From positions 1 through 45,100 of the forward strand of contig MCFH01000111.1 of the NCBI GenBank assembly GCA_002104945.1: a stretch of DNA of 45,100 nucleotides. The letters run 5' to 3'. Every line of letters begins with the position of its first letter. The stretch's first letter is position 1. The notes under the pieces are model-generated. The model was not told the origin of the DNA. It did no database searches and saw only the letters and a program-made list of their open reading frames with translations. Source of the stretch: Piromyces finnis finn (Eukaryota; Fungi; Neocallimastigomycota). Below are positions 1-12,882 of this stretch, piece after piece. The translations under genes and the position numbers were made by a program.

Positions 1-691
1 GGAAAGAATAAATTAAGATATCTGTTCTATTACAATAACACTAAATTGAAAATAAAAATAGAAATTTGTTTTATAAAAATATCTTTTATTATAATAGAAT
101 TTTTTAATAACAATTACATCGATAAAATGATAAAAAATATCTTCTATTTATATTTTTCCTAAATACATTTATATTATATTATATATATTATATTTATTAT
201 ATTATATTATATTAATTTATTATATTATATTATATTATTTATATTATATTATATTATATTATATTATATTATATTATATTATATTATATTTATATTTATT
301 TAAAATCTACACCTAAAATCTTAATTATTAATAAATATTTAAACTATAACTATTTTTAGTAAAATACAATTGGCAATTCAAATTAAGTACTATTCAATTT
401 GAATATGTGCCCATGTATTATTGATATGTTAATCATTTAATAATTATATACTATATATCTATTTCTATTACAAAACAATACTAAAGCTAGGGGTTTAAAT
501 TGAGAATTTTAATTTATTTGATAAACATTAAAACTAAATTAATAATTTATTTTGTTTTAGACTTAAATTATTGATAAATAAGTTATGTTCCATTTTCTTT
601 TTCTGTAATATAATTCGTGTAACTTAAACAGTAATATTTATGGCTTAAATTACATTAAAGATATCAATCTGTGGCGTTTGATATCTTTACA
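1..691 (-). mobile_element. LTR, family A (cut by window start), interrupting a gypsy RNase H
   Basis: Reverse complement of 43008-43603; begins TGTAAAGATATCAAACGCC at 691 on the minus strand; no PPT in front of it, and it directly abuts the truncated RNase H frame. Confidence 0.8.
165..300. repeat. (TATAT)n expansion inside LTR-A
   Basis: About 25 imperfect ATTAT units; the homologous site in the 43008-43621 copy has only about 3. Confidence 0.85.
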
Positions 692-719
692 TCAGCATAC
701 TTATGAGGATGAGGATGTA

Positions 720-3232
720 TCACCTTGTGTGCCTCATACTGTTTGGTTCTTTGTTGTCAAACAGACCTACTAATGGTTTGTGGTCTGCATATAAAAGAGT
801 TTCATATTTATTCCCAGATATGTAGTACTTAAACTCCTTTGCACAATAGTATACTGCAGTTCCTTCTAGATCAGTAATACTATAATTTCTTTCTGCCTTC
901 GTTAGAGTTCTACTGACAAAGTGTATCGGATGTTCTAAATTGTCTTTTTCACCCACTTGTAGTAGCACACCTCCAATACCGTCTAAGCAAGCGTCTGTCC
1001 TAATAATAAATTGTTTATTATAATCTGGATATCTCAAAATTGGTGCACTAATAATTGCATCCTTTAATACATTAAAACTATTTTGTTGATCTTTCTCCCA
1101 AATATATGGCTCGTCCTTTCTTAACAATTTGTTTAATGGAGCAGCCAGTTTAGTATAATCTTTAATAAATTTTCTGTAATATCCTACAGTACCTAGAAAG
1201 GATCTGAGTTCACTAATATTTTCTGGTTTTGTTCAATTTTTTATTGCTTCAATTCTTGATTTCATTGTTTTTAACCCATCCTTAGAAACCACATGTCCTA
1301 GCACCTCCACCTCCTCCTTAAAGAAGCAATATTTCTCAATGTTGATTTTAACTTTATGTTTCCTAAAAGTGGATAGGACTTGTGTAATATATTTAATATG
1401 ATTTTCTTCATTTTTAGAGAAAATTAGAACATCATTCATGAAAACAAAAGTACAATTTCCCAGAAGATCAAAGAGAATTCGATTCATTTTTCTTTGAAAA
1501 GCTGCAGGAGCACCAGTTAGACCAAAGGGTATTACCTTATATACAAAGTTACCAAACTTTGTAGTAAAACTAGTTAAATCTCTACTTCCTTCATCCATAA
1601 GAATTTAATGGTAACCAGAGAACAAGTCCAGCGTAGAGAATACCTTTGCGCCATGGAGACTATGAAAAATCTCATCAATATTTGGAATTGAATATGAGTC
1701 AGGAACTGTCATACCATTTAATTTTCTATAATCACAACACAAGCGCCATTTACCATTATTCTTTGAGACTAAAACAATAAGAGATGACCAAGAAGACTTC
1801 GAAGGTTTAATTAGTCCTTTATTTAAGAGTTTTGATAACTCTTCCTTGAGAATATCTGACTTAGCCTTATTCAGACCATAAAAACGACTCTTGAACGGAA
1901 CGGAACCAGGCTTTAATTCGATGTGGTGCAGGTTTAATTTAGATGGAGTTAATTCTTCTGTAGATGTAGCTACCACATCAATATATTCACTAAGAAGGTT
2001 AGTAACATTCTTTCTATAAGCTGGGTCTAAACCAGACAAAAAATTCAGGATTCCTAATATACCTAATATAATCATATGGAGACAAGGACTTCGCACCAAC
2101 ATTCATATTTGGTGTAACCATATCATTATCGGAAATCTCTTCTTCCCAATTAAGAGAAAAAACAATTCTTGGTTGGACCTATATATTTAACAAAACAAGT
2201 GATAATAGGCAATTCTTGATTCTCGAGTAATGGAGAAATATTCTCGAAGTTATTGATGTCTTTAAACCTACATGACGATTTGGTAAAAGGATGAATTAAA
2301 AAAACATTATCAGTAGTAGACTTCAAACCTAGAAGAACATCAAAATATGTAGCTTTATGTTTAACAACACAAAAATCAGCTGCAAATTCATAATTATTTT
2401 TTTAACGCATAAACGGACTACAATAGCATCAGCAATAGTACTATCATCTAGAGTCTCGGATATACGACCTCTACAGAAGCCAACTAGTTTATACTGTCCT
2501 GGGAGACTATTTAAGTAACTGTATGTTACCAAATCCAAATTGTTTCCTGAATCAATTAATAATTTCCCATTTACACCATCCACAGAACAGGCTACAACAC
2601 CAAGGTCGTCTTCTCTAAAATTATTAGGAATCTTGTGTGTATTGTTCATATTATAAAGAAATGATCCTTTATCTTTATCAATGGAACCAATAATTGAACT
2701 TTGTCTAATTTTAAATTTTTTAAATAGTTCATTTCTTAATTTTGGACATATGTCCAAAACTTGTCCAAAACTTGTCCAAAACTTGTCCAAATGTAATATT
2801 ACATTTAGTATTTATCAAATCTTTACTGATATCATGTGGTTCCATATTATTAACTTTTGCTAACACCGTATGTCTGGTGTTATAATTTGACACTTCTTCC
2901 TGTTTTTACAACATTTGGTATGTCTGCCATATTCTTACAATTTATGTTATCAGTGAATTGCCTTGTGACAAAATTTTCTTTTCAATTTCAAATATATTAC
3001 TTTCCATGTATGGAACATTAATTATTTTGTTACTTTCCAAATTAGGAGTAGTACTACTTTCCTTAATTTTACTATTTCCTAATTTATTATGTTCTGTACT
3101 AATATCTATTTCCTTTTTGGATGTTTTAACTTACTCTTACTATTATTCTTTATATTTGATACTTCATAAATATAGTTTTTAATATCTTCTTTATTAAATT
3201 TTTATGATCTACACATTACTATTATTTTTAAT
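720..3232 (-). pseudogene. pol: Degenerate Ty3/gypsy gag-pol (zinc-knuckle remnants, protease, RT, RNase H; integrase missing)
   Basis: Protease LLIDSG (ORF 2329-2790); RT motifs WRLCCDYRKLN, FSTLDLFSGYH, PFGLTGAPAAFQ and a decayed F(M/N)D (ORFs 1605-2102, 1233-1598); RNase H RTDACLDGIGGVL...DHKPL (ORF 720-1127); multiple stops and frameshifts. Confidence 0.92.
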
Positions 3233-3247
3233 ATCGCTATCACTATT
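3233..3247 (-). promoter_or_regulatory. Possible degenerate primer-binding site
   Basis: AATAGTGATAGCGAT directly follows the LTR-B end (..TTTTACA) and precedes gag; resembles TGGTGATAGCG; cognate tRNA not identified. Confidence 0.3.
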
Positions 3248-3836
3248 TGTAAAAGTTTTATAAAAATTTAAAACAGATTATAAAATTTTACAATAAACAA
3301 AACACAAAAATAAAATAAAAAAAAAAAACAAAAAAAAAAAAAAAAAATATGTTTAAATATCTCTTTTTATTAATTTTATTTAGTTATTAACTAATATAGT
3401 CATAACAATTACATTGTTTTATTTTGAAATTTTTTACATGTATTTATATTTTTTGTAAAAATATACTTTAATATACTATTCTATTTAATTATACATATAT
3501 TCAATAGAAAATAAAAAACTAATTAATACTAATTTAATTAAATAATAAAATAATAAAACTAAACTAAAACTAATTAAATACACTTTTGATTCAATTTGAG
3601 TAAACTACAAATTGAATACAGTCCATGTATTACCTATATATTAATTAAATATTAATAATACTATTTATTATATCTTTGCTATTAAAAAAATGCTAATTTA
3701 AACTACGCTAAAGTTATTAAACTAATTTTAATTAAATAAAAACTTTTTAAGATTTAATTTGAATATTTAAAATATTTAAATTTAATTATCCATTAATTTA
3801 AATATTTATCCAAATTTCATTTCTAACTTTGATATT
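3248..3836 (-). mobile_element. LTR family B (probable 5' LTR of the 720-3232 gypsy; 5' boundary uncertain)
   Basis: Reverse complement of 43622-44209; ends CTTTTACA on the minus strand. Confidence 0.7.
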
Positions 3837-3941
3837 TTAAAATTAATCTTTATTTAATTATTCCATTAAATTTATACAATAAAATTTTATAATTAATTTT
3901 TTTCATTAAAATATCAAAATTATTATTTAATAATTATTTAA

Positions 3942-5183
3942 TTAATTATTAACTATCATGCGTCTTAATGAATATATTATTTGGATTTGATGCATCCAAA
4001 TTATTAATATTATCAAGTAGACTTTCATCAGGAGAGGTAGTAATATTTTCCTTTTTGGTTTTTTTGTATTACTTTGAGAAGTTTTCTTTTTGTCTCCTTC
4101 AATATTTTCATCTAAATGAACCTTTTTTCTTTTCTTTTGCTTACTTTTTAGGATGTTTAATTTCAACTTCAGATTCTGAGGGACATTCTTTCTTTCTTTT
4201 GATACTATCCACATAATAATATTTCATTTCTTCTGGAGCGTTATTATTTACGGGAGAACGCTCACTCCCGTTCTAATAGTTTAAAGAATCATTTTCGGAG
4301 TCACTAGAGTGTTCTTCTTCAAAGTTATTGTTATGTTTACTGCGACTCATCATATCTTGATATTTCATACATTCATATTTAGAATACTCAGGACAACTAC
4401 TCTTCTTGTGACCAGATGTGACCAGAGTTACAGCAGAAATAAACAAAATTGAACTTTGAAAGGATTGGTATTATTTTTTACTAATCCTCTCACTATATTC
4501 TTCAGGGCTTATTAATATTGGCTTTCTTCTGAAAACTAGAGTTTCCCCCACTACCACTATTTACTCGAGAAGAGGAGCCAAAAGAAGACTTACTAGTAGA
4601 TTTATTCTTCATTTTCTTATCAACTTTGTCATATAACTCTGCAATTTTGAATGCTTCATTTAATTTGATCCATCTACCAGTTAGCTTAACACCTTTCCAT
4701 AATTCCGTTCTTGATTTAATTGCATTTAAATAGTCGGCCACAGTAATACCATTTTGATCAAAAGATTCAAATTGATTATACTTACTTTTGTACTTTTTAT
4801 TGAATTCTTTGATATCCTCTTTGTTGCCTATTTTAATTACTTTAAGTCGTCAATTATATCTTCCGGCTTGTATTCCAGGTCGTACAAATTTTTGAGAATA
4901 TCTCTTATGGTCTCCAAGTCTGGGTAGATTTTTCCATTTGGACCATGAGTAATGCATCTTCTAATCTCCTTGGCACCGCTACCCTTGGACAGTAAGTAAG
5001 CACCATTCGTAGATTTCCTTTCTTGTCGTCGATCTTGTGAAGGTCCGTCCAAGCGTGCATATTTGTTTCATACCACATGTCAACATCATTATCTTTATCA
5101 CTGATGCCAGTGACACGTTGAAGTGTGAGGATTTTATTTTGTTGTCTTAAAGCTTCTTCAGGCATTTTTATAATAGAATACAA
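3942..5183 (-). pseudogene. gag: Second gag remnant (different retroelement)
   Basis: Fragmented frames 4905-5183, 4837-5052, 4502-4741, 3942-4214; CX2CX4HX4C knuckle reconstructible at about 4390-4450 (C-YFC-CNSGH-KKSSC) after removing a 10-nt duplication and a 1-nt insertion. Confidence 0.65.
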
Positions 5184-5297
5184 TTATATATATATACATA
5201 TATAAATAACACAAAGTAAAATTATTTTAAATCAGCAAACTACTATTCAAAATAATTAAAATACAACTACAATCACTCCTCCCTTAAAAGAACCGAT

Positions 5298-5307
5298 ATC
5301 TCCACCA
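5298..5307 (-). promoter_or_regulatory. Candidate PBS (TGGTGGAGAT), complementary to a tRNA-Ala-type 3' end
   Basis: About 120 nt upstream of the 5183 gag start; eukaryotic tRNA-Ala(AGC) commonly ends AUCUCCACCA; no canonical CA LTR end precedes it. Confidence 0.4.
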
Positions 5308-5734
5308 AATAATATAACACGGTTCAATTCAATTCTTATTTTTCAAGGGTTTTTGTGATTAAATACTTTATTGATTATTAATATTAATAATACAAAACGT
5401 GTTTTCAATAATTCATATTTTCCATAATATATACTAAATATTTAATTTAAGAATAAGTAATATAAAATTTAATTTAGAACTAGAAATAATATAAATATAA
5501 TAAAATTAGTAATAATATATTAAATAAATATAGAAACATTAATGAAATAAGAAATAACATTTATTTATGTACAATAATATCTCGTGATAATCATAATTTA
5601 AATATACGCCACGACTATAACTTTTTATGTAAACTTAAGATTTTTGTAGTAAATAAATTTATGGATTTTATGTAATTATTATATATTTACCAATTTATAA
5701 TAATTAAGGTTTATAATTTTATATTTTATATCAA

Positions 5735-5944
5735 TATTAAATAAATAGTTATAATATAATATAAATGTATTTAGGAAAAATATAAATAGAAGGTATTTTT
5801 CATCATTTTATCGATGTAATTGTGATTAACAATTTTATTACAGTAAATTAATAAAAAAAATTTATATAAAAACATATTTATTCTGTGTTGTTACTGTAAA
5901 AGATTAGATGTCGTAATCTATTCGATTTTGTGTCTAGCTTTACA
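5735..5944 (+). mobile_element. LTR-A-related 3' fragment
   Basis: Aligns to about 43405-43621 (aaatgtatttaggaaaa..catcattttatc..aatctattc) and ends TTTACA. Confidence 0.6.
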
Positions 5945-6320
5945 CAATTTTATGACAATTCGTATTATATAATATTAATATTAATATTTAGTTTAAAATT
6001 ATAATTTTATTTCTATTTTTATTTTTATTCTTATTATTAATATCAATGCATTTTTATTTAAATGTAAGAAAAAGTGTTTAAACAAAGAATTAAAGTAGTT
6101 TTTGAAGTTCTTTGAAAGATTAGCAATTTAATAATATAATTAATAAAATATTAGTAACATTAGCATAACTTAATAAGCAAAACTAATAATGAATATATTT
6201 TATAAATAACCAAATAAAATTAAGTAAAAAAATTTTTTTATTAGTTTATTATTTAAAATAAAATAAAAAAAAAAATAACTAAATAAAAAACATTTGATTA
6301 TGACGATAATGATTATTATT

Positions 6321-6321
<1 letters not shown>

Positions 6322-6360
<39 letters not shown>

Positions 6361-6401
6361 GTTGTTGTTGTTGTTGTTTGTTGTTGTTGTTTTGTTGTTG
6401 T

Positions 6402-6432
<31 letters not shown>
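6322..6432. repeat. (GTT)n microsatellite
   Basis: About 35 GTT units. Confidence 0.95.
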
Positions 6433-6529
6433 GTTTATTATTATTATATATCGGTATATTGCTTTATAGTTTAATATTTATGCATGGTTTTTAAAATAAA
6501 GAAAAAAAAAAAATTCTATTTAAATAATA

Positions 6530-6602
6530 TGCGAAGTGTGAGGTTCGAACTCACGACCTTAAGATTATGAGACTTACGCGCTGCCGACTGCGCCAACTTC
6601 GC
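6530..6602 (-). tRNA. tRNA-Met(CAT), elongator type
   Basis: GCGAAGT/ACTTCGC acceptor stem, anticodon loop CTCATAA, T-loop TTCGAAC; G1-C72 and T54 argue against initiator. Confidence 0.93.
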
Positions 6603-6612
6603 ATAAATATTT

Positions 6613-6693
6613 CGTCACCTGCAGGACTCGAACCTGCGCTCCCAAGGGAAATGGCTTAGCAGGCCACCGCGTTAACCACTCCGCCAAAGTGAC
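6613..6693 (-). tRNA. tRNA-Ser(GCT)
   Basis: GTCACTT/AGGTGAC acceptor, anticodon arm GTGGC-CTGCTAA-GCCAT, long variable arm, GGTTCGAGTCC B box. Confidence 0.95.
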
Positions 6694-7295
6694 TACTTTA
6701 TAGCTTTATAAAAAAAAGCGATTTTTTATTAAAGAAAAGTGTGGTAAGCACACTAGTTATATTAACTAACAATATAATACGCTTTCCTATTAAAGGCGTA
6801 AAGCTAATGATATTTATATAAAGAAAATTAAATAATATCTTTATTTTAGTAATAACTTAATATCAGAATATATTAAGTTATTAAAAATATTAAAATTTTT
6901 AAAATTGTAGGTTTTATAGGAGTTTATAAATTTTATTGACTTTAAGTAAAAAAAAATTACTAACGCTAAAGCTTCGTAATTTTTGTCAATTTTTGTTCTT
7001 TTTATACATGAACAATTTTAATTATTACATTTTTAATTTTAATTAACTATTGTTTAATTATAAAATATTTAATTTTTATAAATTAATAATTACTATAATT
7101 ATTGTAAATAGTTAATAAATTAAAATAAAATTTTTAATAATAAAATTTTAATAATTGAAAAAAATTTAATAATCTCAAAGGATTAGAAATTTTATACTTT
7201 GAATTTTTTTTAATAAAAATTTAAAAAAATAAATTTTATTTTTTCCATGTGTCAAAATTTTTTAAATTTTTATATATGGTATTGTGACAGACTTT

Positions 7296-7799
7296 TGATA
7301 AAGAATAAAATTTATAAATAATCAATCAATATAAACTCTGACTTAAAAATTTTATTATAAATCTAATATTAAATTAAAATAGTAAACAATTAAAATAATG
7401 TAAAATATAAATATTTAATTAAATTTAAAAAATGTAAATATAAACAATTTTTGTTTATAAACAAACTTAAATGTAATTAAATAGTATAAATTGAAATAGA
7501 AAACATTATTTAAAAACTGTTACTAATTAGCCAGGAAAATTAGAATATTTTAATAATAAAATAATAAATTAATGTTTAATATATTTTCTTTTATAATACA
7601 TAGCGAGATGTATTATACATTTTTTCTAAATAAATAAACTAATATTATAAAACAAGATGTTTTTAAAACTTTAAATTATATTTAGTATTTATATAAACTT
7701 GTAGAATGAGCAAGTGAGCAAGTAAAAATAAATCATTCAATTACATACAAATATACCACTTCTAAACCTATTTAGAATTAAGTATTTGAACTTGTGTCA
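7296..7799 (-). mobile_element. Solo LTR family G (G1), 4-bp TSD CTTT
   Basis: TGACAC...TTATCA termini; CTTT at 7292-7295 and 7800-7803; inverted homologue at 8800-9311. Confidence 0.8.
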
Positions 7800-7803
7800 C
7801 TTT

Positions 7804-8131
7804 TGTAAAAGGTTTATTATATTTTCTATAAGAGGGATAGATTTATATATTATTTTATATAAAAAAATATTACAATAATAAATAATAACAACCTCTCACA
7901 CGAGCTAGTATTATATGTAATGTTTTTATATTAAAATTTATAAAGAAATCAGTAATTAAATAATGAATAAAACAATTTAGTTATATATAATAATAAATGT
8001 TTATTCGCCTTATTTCTCTTACTAATATAAAGTATCTTTAACTATTTTAAATATAACTATTCTTTATTATTAATTATTTATTACATTATTTTACTTTAAT
8101 ACTAACGCTAAAGTATTAGCGTTTGTTTACA
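7804..8131 (-). mobile_element. D-related short LTR (D')
   Basis: Shares aatactttagcgttagtattaaagtaaa, ctcgt..gagaggt and the terminal aaaccttttaca with LTR-D (22791-23284). Confidence 0.65.
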
Positions 8132-8799
8132 TGTTTTCTTTTATAATATTATTAATATATATTAACTATTATTGGTTAATAATTAATAATATTATTTACT
8201 ATAATAATACATATTAAATATTATATAAATATATTTAAATATAAAATAAATATTATTTAAATATAAAAATAAATATTATTTAAATATAAAGAATTATTTT
8301 ATTTAATTTTTATAATATAAATAGATAATTATCAATTTTAAATATTGAATTTACTATATAAAAATGAGTATTAATAATCTCACAAAGAACTTCTTAAAGT
8401 TGTTCTTTGTTCAACTTATTTATACTTTCATCTTTAATATAATATTGATATTAATAAAGTATAATAATAATATAATTTAAGTTATACATGTATAATAATA
8501 TAATATAAATATAAATATAATAAATATAATAATAATATAATATCGATATTAATAAGTTGTTAAAAATAATATTAATAATTATTTAAATGAATCATATTTT
8601 ACTAATTGGTTTGTTTAATATTTATATTAAATAAACTATTATTAGTAAATATTATTAAATTAATATTTTAATTAATTTAATTAATAATTTCAAAATTATG
8701 AAATTTCATGAAATGTCAAATTTCATGAATTGTGATTTTGACATTAAAATCAGATTTTATATTGACTAATTATTTATAAATTTCATTCTTTATCGGAAA

Positions 8800-9311
8800 T
8801 GACACAAGTTTAAATATACCTTAATTCTAAATAAAATTAGAAAGTGGTATATTCGTGTGTAATTGAATGATTTATTTTTACTTGCTCACTTGCTCATTCT
8901 ACAAGTTTTATATATAATTAATAAATATAATTTAAAGTTTTAAAAATATTTTGTTTTATAACATCAGTTTATTTATTTAAAATAAATAAATATAATACAT
9001 CTCGCTATGTATTATAAAAGAAAATATATTAAATATTAATTATTATTTTATTATTAAAATATTCTAATTTTCCTGGCTAATTAGTAACAGTTTTTAAAAT
9101 AATGTTTTCTATTTCATTTATACTATTTAATTACATTTAAGTTTGTTTATAAACAAAAATTGTTTATATTTTACATTTTTAAAATTTAATTAAATATTTA
9201 TATTTTACATTATCTTAATTGTTTGCTATTTTAATTTAATATAGATTTATAATAAAATTTTTAAGTCAGAGTTTATATTGATTGATTATTTATAAATTTT
9301 ATTCTTTATTA
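8800..9311 (+). mobile_element. Solo LTR family G (G2), 4-bp TSD GAAA
   Basis: Reverse complement of 7296-7799; GAAA at 8796-8799 and 9312-9315. Confidence 0.8.
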
Positions 9312-9315
9312 GAAA

Positions 9316-9719
9316 TGATACGGTAAGAATATTATCTTAATTCTATAAATGAAATATAGAAAGTGATAATATCTGTATCTAAAAAAAATATTTAATAAAT
9401 AAAAAATAAAGAAAATGAAATAAATGGTTTTTATACTTGTTCATTTCAAGTATTAGTTAGTTTTATAAAATAAATTTATTTAATTATAAATTTTGATATT
9501 TAATAGCTCTCGTATTATTAAATATATATATATATTATTATTAATACATCTCGTATGTATATGAACATAATTATAAATATTATTTTAATAAATTTAATAT
9601 TATTATCTAATTTTAACGGATTATTAGGAACATCTTTTAAATGAATGTTTTCTATTACTATTTATACAAAATTATTATTTTAAAGTATAACTATAAACAA
9701 ATATAAACTATTTAATTTA

Positions 9720-9750
<31 letters not shown>

Positions 9751-9787
9751 TTTACATTTATAATTTTTAATTTAATAATTTTATACA
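9316..9787 (+). mobile_element. LTR-like repeat family F (G-related), copy F1
   Basis: Starts TGATAC, ends TATACA; homologous to 19928-20492 (-) and about 18416-18823 (+). Confidence 0.6.
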
Positions 9788-9819
9788 TGTTAAATATTTT
9801 AATTTTTATCTTTGTTTTA

Positions 9820-10039
<220 letters not shown>

Positions 10040-10725
10040 GTTAAGGATCTAAGATGAATTTAGGTAAGTTAGGTCAGAATGCCCTAACCCTACTTATTAA
10101 TTTAATATAAATTATGTATTATTATAATACTTTTATTTATTAATAAATTTATTAATACATCTTATTAACCAAATATTTTATTAATTCACTAAGTAGAGTT
10201 ATCAAACTTAATGATTTCTCGAAAAGTTCAATTGTTGAATCAATTTCGAGTATTTATAATTTTTAAATCAATTAATAAATGATTAATCTATTTAATAAGT
10301 TACATTAATTATAAATACATGATTTCAATTTTAATATAATTAACTATTCTATAAATTAAAATATATTAAATATTTATATAATGACTTTAAGCTTATGACT
10401 TGCCTTTATTTAATTGCTTAAACCATTTCAATCATTTGAGGGAGGAATGACTAACTATTTCATTTATTTAAATTTCCTTCCACATCAAATGAACAAAGAG
10501 ATATTATTTAAACTTTAATAAATATAAAATCTTAATAATTATAATTAATAGAAATCTCTAAAAATATTGTTTAATAATGTTTTATAAAATTATTACTCCT
10601 AATTAATTAAATGTATAAACATTATTTAAATAAATTATCATGAATCCACTAATATTCATGACATTATTGTTATTATTATTAATTTGTAATTTATAAATTT
10701 AATTATTTATTTGAAAGAACAAGTA

Positions 10726-10797
10726 GGAGGGTTGGCGCAACGGTAGCGCGTCCGCCTCCAGAGCGGAAGGTTGGGTGTTCGAATCACTCACTCTCCA
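10726..10797 (+). tRNA. tRNA-Trp(CCA)
   Basis: GGAGGGT/ACTCTCC acceptor, TCCGC-CTCCAGA-GCGGA anticodon arm, immediate T5 terminator. Confidence 0.95.
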
Positions 10798-12424
10798 TTT
10801 TTAATTAATAGTATTATTGCTAATTGGAAAAATTATAATTATTTAATAAACCAGAGCAATAAAGCTTAATTAAAACAAATCAAATATGTATTTCTTGATC
10901 CAATTTGAATATATCCCTATTTTTAATACTACATTATATATGTTAAAGTAATTTAAAATAAAGTGAAAGTAAAAAATAAAATATTTTTATAGTTATTTTG
11001 AATAAATTTACTTGTTCCATAAATTTAAATATTTATCAAAATTTTGTTTTTATTTAAACAATTTTTTATTTAATTACTCCACGAATCGTATTTAATGAAT
11101 TTATGAAATAATCTTTTATTAAAATGTAAAAATCATTACTTAATCATTAATACTTATTATTAAATAATCTCAAAGATATACATTATATTTATAGAATAAA
11201 TATTAATTTTAAAATGTTTTTTATTATGATTTTTAATATATGTATGAATATTTACTAGTTATATAATTAAAATTATAATTATATAATCTTTACAAAAATT
11301 AAAAACTGAGTTTATTTCTTTTATTATATGCATTATCAAGATTTAATGAAAATGAAATAAAGGATTCCATATAATATATAAATAATAATTAAACATTATA
11401 TTTAAAAACATATTATAAGCTATATAATGACTAATCACTTAATTGATAATGATAAAATACGAAAAAATAGTGAGTGTTTATTAAAAACATTTTTACCAAA
11501 ATAAATAAATAAATAAATAAATTAATGAATGAATGAATGACTAATAAGAAAAAACTATAAATTTTTAATGATTAAACTAACTTTGATTATATAATTTGCT
11601 ATAAAATAGTAATTAAATTTACCAATATAAAATCATAACTGATTTAATTAAGAGTAAGTTTTTATAAAACCAAAATTAAAAGTAATTTACTTCAAATCAA
11701 AAATTTCCATTACTTTACTTTTTATTACTACTTGCTGTATGTAACAACGAATGTTCCTTTAATTAATTATAAATAATAATTTAAATTAAAAATGTGTTTA
11801 TTTTTAAAATTAAAATTTATATATTTTCATAAAGTAGTGTCTTTTTTTTTTTTTTTTTTTTAGGCATTTTTAAAATTTAAATTTAAAAAATTTATATGAA
11901 AGCATGTAAATATTTTGTTATTTTTAATGTTTAAATCAGTTATTCATAATACTTTATGAAGAAATAATGAAAAAATCAATTTGAAAAATTAACAAAAAGT
12001 AGTATTTTTAAAATAGATCTTTCATAGTGTGTTGTGCTTAATAAAATGAATATAATATATTCTATGTTATTAACTTAGCAATGTAAAGTATACTACATAA
12101 TAAATTTCAAGTTTATTCATATATAAATATTTTCAATTTTATTTATTATTGTTTAAATAGCATTAATATAAAATTTTTAATTATTACTATTTCTTTTAAG
12201 TTTAAATTTATTAATAGAATGCTAGATACAAGAAACAAAAATATTTTTTTTCTTAACTTTTTTTTAATTATTACAAAACAAAATAATAAAATTTATAAAA
12301 GGGTTTTCTGTTTTTCTACCACTATTATAATTATATCTAATTCAAGTCAAAATATGTGTAATTTTTAGTTATTTAATATTTATACATAAAAGCAATTTTT
12401 TAATATCACATATTAAAGTATCAA

Positions 12425-12560
12425 AGTATAAAAATATAAAGATATAAAAATATAAAAATATAAAGATATAAAATATAAAGATATAAAAATATAAAGATAT
12501 AAAAATATAAAAATATAAAAATACAAATATATAAATATATAAAAATATAAAAATATAAAA
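12425..12560. repeat. (AAAATATA/AAAGATAT)n low-complexity repeat
   Basis: Tandem units of about 8 nt. Confidence 0.8.
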
Positions 12561-12660
12561 AAAATTAATGATTTAATATATAATTCATTTTTCTTAAATA
12601 TTGTTTTAGTTTTTTATTTATTCTTTATTAGAACAGAAAACACAATTCCACATAATAAAT

Positions 12661-12712
12661 TATACTATACTATACTATACTATACTATACTATACTATAC
12701 TATACTATACTA
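12661..12712. repeat. (TATAC)n microsatellite
   Basis: About 10 perfect units. Confidence 0.95.
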
Positions 12713-12882
12713 TTATTCATTATTATGATTTTCAATTTTATTATTTTATTACTATACTAGAAAAAAAATTATAAAATTATTTATTTAAATAAACGAATTA
12801 TATATTTATAAAATAAGAAATGTATATATGATAATTAAATAAAACTACTATCTTAAATGAACATTCTATAAAATAAAATCCT

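Noticed and set aside
2746-2792. 11-bp tandem repeat TTGTCCAAAAC (about 3-4 copies)
   Set aside because: Local slippage frameshifting a dead pol; no evidence of function
1-3836. LTR-A and LTR-B as the paired LTRs of the 720-3232 gypsy
   Set aside because: They are different sequences; there is no PPT or integrase before A, so A is a secondary insertion
6294-6494. 66-aa poly-V/C/L ORF
   Set aside because: Translation of the (GTT)n microsatellite
6694-6720. LTR terminus at -11/-12 of tRNA-Ser, or of tRNA-Trp at 10726
   Set aside because: No TG/CA terminus or known LTR sequence at those positions; these tRNAs look unoccupied
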